A stretch of 62,986 nt of DNA, counting the filler, from Conidiobolus incongruus B7586 (taxonomy: Eukaryota), in assembly GCA_000697335.1 (NCBI GenBank). It is 19 parts of 19 records of this genome, joined end to end, with 100 filler letters (N's around TTAATTAATTAA, not from the genome) between each part and the next. Parts side by side here need not be neighbours in the genome. Positions count along the whole stretch, not along the records: positions 51,556 to 54,263 come from JNEM01000435.1; positions 54,364 to 56,338 come from JNEM01000436.1; positions 56,439 to 57,993 come from JNEM01000437.1; positions 58,094 to 59,543 come from JNEM01000438.1; positions 59,644 to 61,014 come from JNEM01000439.1; positions 61,115 to 62,986 come from JNEM01000440.1; 13 more parts are not named here. The stretch is one strand, 5' to 3'. A program made the position numbers and the translations under genes. Positions within the stretch are counted from its first letter, which is position 1, and every line of letters begins with the position of its first letter. Shown here piece by piece: positions 52,294 to 62,986 of this stretch. Below the pieces are notes generated by a model, which had not been told where the DNA came from, ran no database searches, and was given only the letters and a program-made list of their open reading frames with translations.

Positions 52294-53850
52294 CACTAAC
52301 CTACAAAAATAAGTTATAAAATCAAAAATATATATATTTTAATTAATAATTAGAACAATTTTATATATCAAATTACCTGAAACTATAATATATAATTAAA
52401 ATATATTATTTGATAATAGATAAATTTAATTAGATATATTTAGTAAATTATTAGCAAAAAAATTAACCTCTAATATTTAATCAAGATGAGTTATAAATTT
52501 ATAGGTTTTTAAGATAAAGGGATATATATAACAAATTATAACCATATTTTTTTTCTTAGGTATTATTTTATATAATATTTTACAAATATATTAAATTCTT
52601 TTTATTAAAATTATTATACTTATATCCCTCTGTAATAAATTCATTTATATATCAATCAACTTTATAAAAAAAATAAATCAACCTATAATATTATTAAAAT
52701 TACTAGTATTAGTTTGTTTATTATAATTAAAGTTATTAAAAATAATAATAAAAATATATTTAAATTTAAACTTATATATATTAAGACAATAAATAGATTA
52801 GATAAAAAAAATATCTATAGGTTAGTTAATATAAGTAAATATAATATTATTGTAGAAATATAATAAAAACAATAAAATTATATAAGAATATTAGTTAATA
52901 CTAATATTATAATATATGTATTATATTAGTATGAATATTATTAATATTTTTAAAAAAACACCTTTTAATAAAGAAATCCAATTATAAAACTAGGTAGTAG
53001 TTTAAATATCATCATTAATATTATACTAAAACTAATTAGAATAATGATATTTAATTTAATAAAAAAAATAAATTTTAGTAAATTTAATAAAAAAGTTAAA
53101 TACTTCAAAAAAGATACAAAGCTACTATATAATAATTATGTTAATTTTACCCAAAAGTATAATAGTAGGTTAATTATTATTTAGGGATATATATTATCTT
53201 TAGTTATAGGATATCTTTGTAAAGTTAATAGGGGAATTAATATTAAGATATATCAAATTATTTTAAATAATAAATTCAAAAAATATTAAATATTATGGGT
53301 TAAACATATCCAATATTATTTTGTAACAAGATAATACCTTTTGTTATATTATAGCTTTTATTACCAATTAACTTAAAAATAATAAGATAAAATTATAAAG
53401 TAGCTTTTTTAATCTGTTAACTTTAAATTAATTAAATATCCTTAAGATTAGTTAAAAAAAGTTATTAAAGCTTTCCCTCTAATAAGAAATTTAAATTAGT
53501 TTAGGAATATATTTAAGAAGTATAAAATAAGATTAACCCTTCTTAATATAAAAGATTAATTGATTCTATACCCTATAAACTTAAAGAAGTTACAAAAATT
53601 AAAGATAAATATACTAACTTTTAATTTTTTTTATCATCAAAAACCTACAAATTTAAAACTTATCTTTAATAGAGTTTAATGGTTTATATTTTAACCAATT
53701 AACAACTTAATATCATTATTTAATGATATATATTAATAAATATAATAGATTTTAATTATTTAATTCAGGTTTATTTTATTAAATATTAATTAAATTATAA
53801 GTAAAGAAATAAGTATTTTTGATTTTATAACTTATTTTTATAAGTTAGTC
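52294..53850 (+). mobile_element. Tc1-like (DD34E) DNA transposon, copy B: full length 1557 bp, hypermutated
   Basis: TA + CACTAACCTACAAAAATAAGTTATAAAATC at the left end matches the inverted GATTTTATAACTTATTTTTATAAGTTAGTC at the right end. Inner inverted motifs lie at ~52481-52518 and ~53630-53668. The transposase relic has TQK(HGGGS)I.I(W)G and QDN and ends at 53624. Confidence 0.88.
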
Positions 53851-53939
53851 AATATATATTTTAAATATATTTATATATGATTTTAAAATATTTAAATGTT
53901 TTTTAATATTTATTTAATATATTTAATTATAATAGATTA

Positions 53940-54263
53940 ACTGTAATAGTAATTTTAATAGTTTTATAAATTTAATTAATATAAAAGTTAATTTTTTTAG
54001 AAAATGATTATAGTATTTAAATATTAATTTTAAAATATTTTTTTAACAATTTTATAGTATCTATAATATATGAGAAGATAAAAGAGATATGTATAAGTTT
54101 TGTTATTTATATCCCTTTAAGTTATAAACCCACAAATTTATAACTCACCTTGTTTAAATTTTTAGTTTGAATATATTAGCTAATTATCAATAAAATATAA
54201 TTAATTATAATTAATTAATATAAGTAAAATATATATTTTATTTTAATTTTATTTAATTAAAAA
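53940..54263 (-). mobile_element. Tc1-like element, inverted partial copy (left subterminal region and transposase start)
   Basis: The reverse complement (AAGGTGAGTTATAAATTTGTGGGTTTATAACTTAAAGGGATATAAATAACAAAACTTATAC) aligns with the left region of copy D at ~58170-58230. Confidence 0.7.
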
Positions 54264-54409
54264 NNNNNNNNNNNNNNNNNNNNNNNNNNNNNNNNNNNNN
54301 NNNNNNNTTAATTAATTAANNNNNNNNNNNNNNNNNNNNNNNNNNNNNNNNNNNNNNNNNNNNAAATGATAATTCATTTATAAGTTTGAAAATATTAATA
54401 AATTAGCTT

Positions 54410-55971
54410 ATAATATTATATAAAAAATAATTATTAAATATAATTATATTGAAATTAATAACTAAAAAAATTGTATATATTAGATTATTTAAAACTATAT
54501 TATATAATTAAGGTATATTATTTGATAAATAAATATATTTAGATATATTTAGTAAACTGTTAGCAAGGATATTAACCCTTAATATTTAATTAAAATAAGT
54601 TATAAATTTGCAAGTTTTTAAGATAAGGGGATATATTTAATAATATATAACCATATCTTTTTTCTCACTTTGTTATTATTTTATATAATATTTTACAAAT
54701 ATATTAAGTTTTTTTTATTAGTTTTATTATACTTAAATCCCTCTCTAAAAAAATCTATTTGTGTATCAATCAACTATATAAAAAAAGTAAATTAACTTAT
54801 GATATTATTAGAATTACTAGTGTTAGCTAATTTACTATAGTTAGGGTTATTAAGAATAATATTAAAGAAACATTTAAACTAAAACTTAAGTGTGTTAAAA
54901 TTATAAATAAATATGATAAAAAATATATTTATAGATTAGTTAGTATAAGTAAATATAATACTACTATAGAAATTTAATAAAAATTATAAAATTATACAAA
55001 AATATTAATTAATACTAATATTATTATATATATTTTATGTTAGAATAGATACTATTTATAATTTAAAAAAACACCCCTAATTAAAAAAGTCTTATTATAA
55101 AGCTAGGTAAGAGTTTAAATATCATTATTAAAGTTAAATTAAAACTAACTAGAATAAAGTTATTTAGTTTAATGAAACAAGGATGTATTTTAATAAATTT
55201 AATAAATAAGCTAAATGTTTCAAAAAAGATAAAGAATTATTTTATAACTATCATGTTATTATAACTTAAAAATATAATAATAGGTTAATTATAATTTAGG
55301 GATGTATGTTATCTTTAAGTGTAAAGTATCTTTATAAAGTTGATAAAGGAATTAATACAAAAATATATTAAAATATTCTAAACAATAAATTAAAAAAAAT
55401 TATTAAATGATATAAATTAAAAAATCAAATATTATTTTCTGACAAGATAATACACTTTGTTATACTATAAATTCTACTATTAAATAGCTTAAAAATAACA
55501 AAATAACTATTATAAAATAGCCCCCTCAATCTCTTAATTTTAACCTAATTAAATATCTTTAGGATATATTAAAAAAATCAATTAAAGCTTTCCTTTAGCA
55601 AGAAATTTAAATTAATTTTAAGAGTATATTTAAGAAGCTTAGAATAATATTAGTTTTGTTTAATATAAGAAGCTAGTTAACTCTATACCCCACAAACTTA
55701 AAGAAATTAAAAAAGCAAAAGATAGATATATTAGATATTATTTTTTCTATTAATATTAAAACCTACAAATTTATAACTTATTTTAAATATACTTTTAGTT
55801 TTAATATATTAATTAATAATTAATTGAATTTAACTTTATATATTATATTATAAATAAAGAATATATATTAATTATATAGTTTAATATAAGTTTATTTAAA
55901 TTATAATTAATTTAGATATTAATAGAAATATATATATTTTTAATTTTATAACTTATTTTTGTAAGTTAGTG
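54410..55971 (+). mobile_element. Tc1-like (DD34E) DNA transposon, copy C: near full length, hypermutated
   Basis: KVI(WSD)ET at ~55156-55179, K(HGGGS)I(M)I(W)GCM, QDN with D at 55446, and (W)PPQS(PDL)N(P)I(E) with the E position at 55551, exactly 34 codons between D and E. C-terminal S(M)PH.L.E..KAK(GG). The right end ...TGTAAGTTAGTG is followed by TA. The left boundary is approximate. Confidence 0.9.
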
Positions 55972-58093
55972 TATATAAGTAGGTTTTCCAAAAAAATATC
56001 AAGTTTAAAGATTTTTTTTAAATTTTTATTAAGAATTAAATAAAGATAATTCTTTATATTTTTAAGATAATTTTTAGATTTATAGAGATTTTTAAAATTA
56101 TCATAAATAATCAATTTATCCTTAATGATATAAAAAAGGTGATTTAATATATTAGCAATAATAAAGTTATTTTCTTATGAAATTTAAACTTTTTGTGTTA
56201 TATTTTTTTAACCAAAAGTTATATATTATAAGCTTATTGAAAAGCAATTTGTTTTTCAAAATTAAAGTTTTAAATTTATTTAATATTAGTATAGAAATTA
56301 AAAAATAGGAAAATTTTTAATTTTTGATCTTTCAAACANNNNNNNNNNNNNNNNNNNNNNNNNNNNNNNNNNNNNNNNNNNNTTAATTAATTAANNNNNN
56401 NNNNNNNNNNNNNNNNNNNNNNNNNNNNNNNNNNNNNNAATTTTAATATATTTATTCAAGGTCAATAAATTAAATATATTACTAAAATAAATATTAAATA
56501 AAAGAAATATATCTGGTGTATTTTATACTTTTTAAATTACAAATTTTGTATATTTATCGATTTAATTTAAAAATTTTGAAAAATACGGTTAAATTAAAAA
56601 TCAAATTGAATTATATAATTTCAAATATTGGTTTAATATTTATATAATGTAATATAATATTATTTATTTTAAATAGTGATAATCAAAGTTTCATTATTTC
56701 ATTGTTATTTTATATTTTATTTTTAATAAATCTTATCATAAATGTAATTATTGTAAAAATAAACTATATAATAATAATTTATTTTATTTATGATTAAATA
56801 TTGTATCTAAATATCATTATAAATACATAACTGATCATTACTTGGAGATAGCAATTATGATAAAAGTTAAATGTTATACATACAGGATATGCCTTGACAT
56901 GAGGATAGGTAATAATAAATCAATTTCTCATAAATCAAAAATATCCACAATAACCATATGATGAAATATTAATAAAATTTAGTATCAGTATCTTTGTTTC
57001 CCCTTAACTAAATCAAAAATTTGTCAAAAAAAAAATCAAAAATATTAGGGTGATTAGAAAAATTTTAATCAAATTAATTTATATAGCAAAATCCTTAATT
57101 ATGGTTATATATACTAAATAATACATGGATTATGGCATACCTTCTATTGGTTTGTAGTATTTAAACACTGAGATATTAATTAAATATGTCTATTAATGGT
57201 TTACTGTATAAAGGAATCAAAAATAATAATAAAATCTAATGACATGATTGAAGTAGTTTTATTATAAATAAACTTGTAACTTTTATTTTTTCGAAAACAA
57301 CAAATAATTAAAGTTGATTTTGTCAAATAATTTTAAATTGATTGAATATCTTTTGAATGATTAAAAAAAAACTCTTAATAACATTGTTATACTTATTAAA
57401 TTTTACCAAGGCAATATATACTTTTATAATTTGTAAACATAATTTATTATATTTTTCTATCTAACTTGAAATCTAAAGAAGAAATTTTCAGAAAAAATTT
57501 GAAAATAATGTAGTATATATATAAATTAGATTTTTACAATTTTTGATTTAAATAATTCAAAAATAGACTGGTAAAATATTAATACATTTAATATTAAAAT
57601 TTATCAGTTTAAAAATATATTGAGTTATTCTTCATATTTATTCGAAAATTCAAAACATGTTTCAAATTAAATATAACCTTCTAATTTAAATTAACAATTA
57701 TCAATTTAAAATATTTATAAAATAATTCAATAATTAATCTAATTTGAATATTCTGTTCTTAAAATATTGATTATACTATTAATAAATTTTGATCTATATT
57801 TGGATTAGTATAAAAATTAAAATGTTTATATAAGTCAACATTAATTCATATGATATTTGAATTAATTTTTCGAATTTACTATTTAATTAAAATAATTAAT
57901 ATTAATTTAAAATTATATTTCATGGATAAAAAAATTATAAAAAAATTTTGAAAATGATTATAATTAAAGATATAGTATTTTTTTTATTTATTTNNNNNNN
58001 NNNNNNNNNNNNNNNNNNNNNNNNNNNNNNNNNNNNNTTAATTAATTAANNNNNNNNNNNNNNNNNNNNNNNNNNNNNNNNNNNNNNNNNNNN

Positions 58094-59533
58094 TAGATAA
58101 TTATAACTAACTATATTTGATAATATTTATTAACTACTGGTTAATATATTAAAACTTAAAATTTAACTAAAATGAGTCATAAATTTATAGATTTATATGT
58201 TAAAAGGGTATAAATAACAAAACTTATATATATTTTTTTTGTTATATTATATATAATATAAAACTATTAAGCTAATATTTTAAAATTAATGTTATAATGC
58301 TTAAATCATTTTTAAAAAAATTCATTTATATATTATTCAACTTCATAATAAAAATAAATTAACTTATGAGATTGTTAGAATTACTAATATAAACCAATCT
58401 ACTATAATTAAGGTTATTAATAAAAATTCTAGAAAACACTTAAACCAAAACTTAAGTATATTAAGATTAAAAATAAATATGATAAAAAGTATATTTATAA
58501 ATTAATTAATATAAGTATAATATTATTATAAAAATATTATAAAAATTATAAGACTATATAAGAATATTAGTTAATATTGATATTATTATATATGTTTTAT
58601 ATTAGAATAGAATTTATTTATATCTTAAGAAAAAACACCTTTAATTAAAGAAATCTTATTATAAAGCTAAATCAGGGTTTAAATATCAACACTAAAGTTA
58701 AACCAAAATTAACTAGGATAAGGTTATTTAATTTGAAAAATAAGGATATATTTTAATAAATCTAATAAGGAAGCTAGATATTTCAAAAAAGATAAAAAAA
58801 CCATTTTATGAACATTATGTTATTATAACCCAAAAATATAATAATAGGTCAAAAATAATTTAGGGATATATATTATCTTTAGGTATAAAGTATTTTTTAG
58901 AGGTAATAGGGAAATTAATGCTAAAATATACTAAAATATTCTAAATAAAAAATTGAAAAGAACTTTTAAGTAATATAGGTTAAATAAATTAAATATTATT
59001 TTCCAGCAAAATAATACTTATTGTCATATTATAAATTCTATTATTAAATGGCTTAAATAACAAAATAACTATTATAAAATAACCCCCTCAATCTTTTAAT
59101 CTTAAATTAATTAAATATCTTTAAAATCAATTAAAAAAATTAATTAAAGCTTTCCCCTTAGTAAAATATTTAAATCAACTTTGGGAGTATATTTAAGAAG
59201 CTTAGAATAGTATTATTTTTATTTAATATAAGAAATTAGTTGACTCTATACCCTACAAACTTAAAGAGATTAGAAAAGCAAAAGATAGATATACTAGATA
59301 TTAATTTTTTATCTATATTCAAACCCACAAATTTATAACTTATTTTAGGTATACTTTTAATTTTAATTTATCAATTAATAATGAATTAAATTTAACTATA
59401 TATATTATATTATAAATTATAATTATTTATTAATTACTTAGTTTAATACAAGTTTATTTAAATTAGAAAAGATTAAGATATTAATAGAAATATTTATATT
59501 TTTAATTTTATGACTTATTTATATAAGGTAATA
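58094..59533 (+). mobile_element. Tc1-like (DD34E) DNA transposon, copy D: left end cut by contig edge, hypermutated
   Basis: IFQQ(D)N..CH....IKWL, (W)PPQS(PD)L.(P)I(EH)L(W), QLWE.I(Q)EA(W) and LVDS(M)P..LKE.RKAK(GG)YTRY*. The right terminal repeat 59504-59533 is followed by TA. Confidence 0.9.
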
Positions 59534-59764
59534 TATATACTAGNNNNNNNNNNNNNNNNNNNNNNNNNNNNNNNNNNNNNNNNNNNNTTAATTAATTAAN
59601 NNNNNNNNNNNNNNNNNNNNNNNNNNNNNNNNNNNNNNNNNNNAATTAAATTAATATATTAATTAATATCGAATATATATACTTATATTTCATCTTTCAC
59701 AATTTAATAATTAAAAATAATTGATTAAATTTTTATTTCTTTTTGATTTAAGATAAAATTTTAC

Positions 59765-59804
<40 letters not shown>

Positions 59805-61308
59805 AAACGGATAAATTGTAATTTAAAACAAGAATTTAATGAAAACAAAATAAAATTAATTATCAGATTATTTTTGAATAAAATTATTATTATTATTATT
59901 TTGATTTGAAAATTAATAAAATAATTAAATATACATATAATTTAGTAGTAATATAATATTAATTAATAATATATAATAAAACAATTTATCACAAATATTC
60001 AAAAAAAATTTTTTCAAAATTTCTCATTATTTCATATGATAAAACAATTATCAATGTGGAAATATTTTTTTTCAGTTTTTGTCCTAGTAATACAACTCTT
60101 GTAAAACGTTACTAATTATATTTAATATTTTGCTTTATTTTGTTATCTGATAAAGTTATAGATTAATTCTTATTTAAATTTATTTTACTCGTGTTAGAAT
60201 TTTTTTGTTTTGAAAACTAGGGATAATAATAATTAATGGTGAAAATATTATATCTTATTAAACTTTGTTTATATATATATATATATATATTATTTTAATT
60301 CATGAAAGTGATAAAATTTTTAATGATGAATATTTAAATTAAAATATTTTATCAATTAACTTATTATCTCTAAACTTTTTGAATTTTTGAAAATTTAATA
60401 TATTAGTGTAATTACAATTTTTCCTTCATTAAAGTGTAATATTAATACCAGTATACTTTCAAAATATTACTATTAAAAATCGCTTAATATATATTGTTAT
60501 AATTCTATATATCTTGTTATATTTATTATCAAAAGTTAATTTTAGAATAATATAAAAATTTTAATGAATTAATAATATCAAAATTATTTAATTTAATAAA
60601 ATATGATAATATTAAATTAAACTATAAAATCTATTAGATTGTATAATATTTTAAATTTTACAAAAACTTATTAATTTGTTATTATGTATATTATATCATA
60701 ATTACCATTTGTCAAAATTTGACAATGTTCGAATTAGTTAAAATTGTTATAAAAAATGAAATAATTAATTGTGAAAATATGTAGACAATTATATTCAACA
60801 ATATTTTAGAATTATATGAACTAAACCATTTTCTAAAAGGTATTGTATAATTACAAATATTTCATTATTGATTAACTATCTATTAAATTTTATCTGTTCA
60901 GTAACAAAATTGAGAGTAATATATTCTAGATTAATTTTCATATTTTATTTAAAATAAATTAATATATAAATAATATAACTTAAGTATAATTTAAATATTT
61001 TTATTAAATTTAAANNNNNNNNNNNNNNNNNNNNNNNNNNNNNNNNNNNNNNNNNNNNTTAATTAATTAANNNNNNNNNNNNNNNNNNNNNNNNNNNNNN
61101 NNNNNNNNNNNNNNTCAATTTTAAGCCAAATATTTATTATTATTAAAATAAATTATTATTATTATTATTTTATAAAAAATTTTATATTTTAGTTAAAATT
61201 TAAGAATAATTAATATAATATTATATTAATTATTATGAGTGCAAAAATTAAATAATGGCATAATTTTAAGATTGAAATTGAACAAATAAATTAATAAATA
61301 ATATAGAA

Positions 61309-62347
61309 TTAATAGCCTCTTTAATTATTAATAACTCTTTTCTATACCTTTAGTAAGCTTCTAATACCTAAAAAATAGTTCTTTTTATTAAGGAATGAAA
61401 TTTAATAATTCACAAACTAATTTAATTTGTTTGCAGGAATTTTTTTCACTATAAGCTATTTTTTTAATTATCTAAAACAATTATAATCATATAGGTTATA
61501 GTCAAGTGAATATATTGGAAATGGTAACTCCCTTTAATTTTTTTATATAAAAAATCTTTTATAGCTTTAACTTTATATATTTTGTAATTATTATGCAAAA
61601 TAATAGGTATCCTCAATTTATATTAAAAACCCCAATTAGAAATTATTTTATTTAAAAAAATAATATATAATTTACTATTAATTGATTTATCTTAAGATAT
61701 TAAATAAAAAAACCATATATCATTATAATCTATTATAATAATTAACATTCATTTATATTTAAGATACCTATTTATTAGAATTTATAAAGGGGATTAATTT
61801 AGCTTAACTGAATATCTTGTTTTATTTTTAGGCAAAGGATTATATAGAAGAATCTAAGATTTATCAATTGCAAGTATTTGTTTTAAAAACCTTTATTTTT
61901 GGTTATATCTTAATAAGTTTAGTATAGCTATAGTTACTTTAGCTTTCTTTTAGGTTTTTATTGAATTATAAGGTATTGATCTTCTATTTTTATTAATTAA
62001 TCCAAGTTTAAACTTAAGTAAATATAACATGCTTATATAATTAATATTAAATTATTTTAATAGCTCTCTAGCAGAAATAAAAAGATATTCCTTAATATTT
62101 TTTGTACTTTACTAGTAAAAAAAAGAATAAAAATAGAAATTAGTCTTCTAGATTTTAGTAAATTTTAAATAATATCCCTTCTTGCTTTAAAATTACAAAT
62201 CTAGTGATATATGGTAGTTTTAGATAAAACATTATCTTCATAAGCTGTTTGCAAGTTTTGAATGATTTTAGAGGGTTTATGGTTAAGTTTTAAAGATACA
62301 AAAATAAATACCTTTTGATAATCATAATTTGGTTTAAATAAGATTAT
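61309..62347 (-). mobile_element. mariner (DD34D, Mos1-like) transposase relic, hypermutated
   Basis: HTH segment LQTAY(G)DN(A)LSKTT(V)YH(W)ICNFKA(G)RD..(D)L(PR)S(G)R(P); IP(H) linker; ILAID(E)S(W) with D at 61865-61863; ILH(D)N at 61592; YS(P)DYN(PC)DY with D at 61488; ending GIRSL(P)..(W)KRVI(D)N.(G)GY*. About 346 codons with two 1-nt frameshifts. Confidence 0.88.
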
Positions 62348-62986
62348 ATTTAAATATAAATTTTAAAATCAAAATATTTTAATATAAAAAATAATTAAAA
62401 TTGAATAAATATATATAGTTTAAAAGTATTTATTTTCCTATATATTATATATATCATTTTTCATAATATATAATATTTTTTAATAGATTATATCTATTAT
62501 TAGATAGTATTCTGTTTTTATTATGTTTTTCTATAAAGAAATATAATTTATATTAAGGAAAAAATAATGATTTCATTACAGAATTTTAACAAGTTTTATA
62601 ATTCTTTATTATAATAGAAATATTTATAAAATATTTTATATAGGTATTTAAGATTAAAATTAAATTATATTTTTTTATCTTACTAGTAATAAAAAAAAAC
62701 AAATATTTTTTTGTTTAATCAAGGTTTAAAAAAGATAAAATAACAATTATTAAATAAAATTTATATAGGTATAGTTAAAAACCAAGGTTTTTATAACAAA
62801 TGATCTTAAATATTATATTTTATAACTTTTTTTATAAATATTTTAAAAACAAACTAATGTTTAAAATTAGGCAAAAATTACCGAATATTTAAATGTTTTT
62901 AAATAATTATTTTATTGATTAAAAAATATTGATTTTTTATAGATTATTATAATATATATTTTTTATATTTAGTTTTAAAAAATATA

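Noticed and set aside
55974..56338. Possible Gypsy integrase tail (YKKGDLIY) after Tc1 copy C
   Set aside because: One short motif in very degenerate sequence is not enough to call.
61230..62480. Terminal inverted repeats of the mariner element
   Set aside because: A candidate end near 61231-61260 has no convincing inverted partner beyond 62350, so element boundaries are not called.
49341..62986. Stop-codon reassignment or organellar DNA as the explanation for stop-filled frames
   Set aside because: Stops replace W, Q and R alike and come with missense transitions at catalytic residues. They differ between copies, and host genes use TAA/TGA/TAG as normal stops.

Overview
Very AT-rich fungal nuclear DNA. 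It is not one locus: 19 short contigs (about 1.4-5.1 kb) are joined by 18 identical 100-nt artificial spacers (N44-TTAATTAATTAA-N44), so order across spacers is unreliable. Short (47-59 nt) GT-AG introns, a Zn2Cys6 factor, a GT15 mannosyltransferase and an F-box/LRR protein suggest an early-diverging fungus, Conidiobolus/Entomophthorales-like (inference, not verified). Bases 1-45 kb carry ordinary genes: a PPR-like mitochondrial protein, two secreted Cys-containing proteins, a Pho4/NUC-1-type bHLH factor, a Zn2Cys6 factor, a KRE2/KTR mannosyltransferase, malate synthase, frataxin (4 exons, absent from the ORF track), a degenerate tRNA-Ser(GCT), an F-box/LRR protein, an 8-exon class I heme peroxidase, Spt3 and Cox8/COX7C. 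Two probable solo LTRs lie at about 30 kb and 47.5 kb. The main result is in the ORF-free region at 49-62 kb. It holds a Ty3/Gypsy gag-protease, five pieces of a Tc1 (DD34E) transposon family and a mariner (DD34D) transposase. Their reading frames are largely free of indels but saturated with C>T and G>A transitions, mostly CpA/TpG>TpA, with CpG almost absent. This is the signature of a RIP-like, repeat-targeted genome defence, in what appears to be a non-Dikarya fungus.
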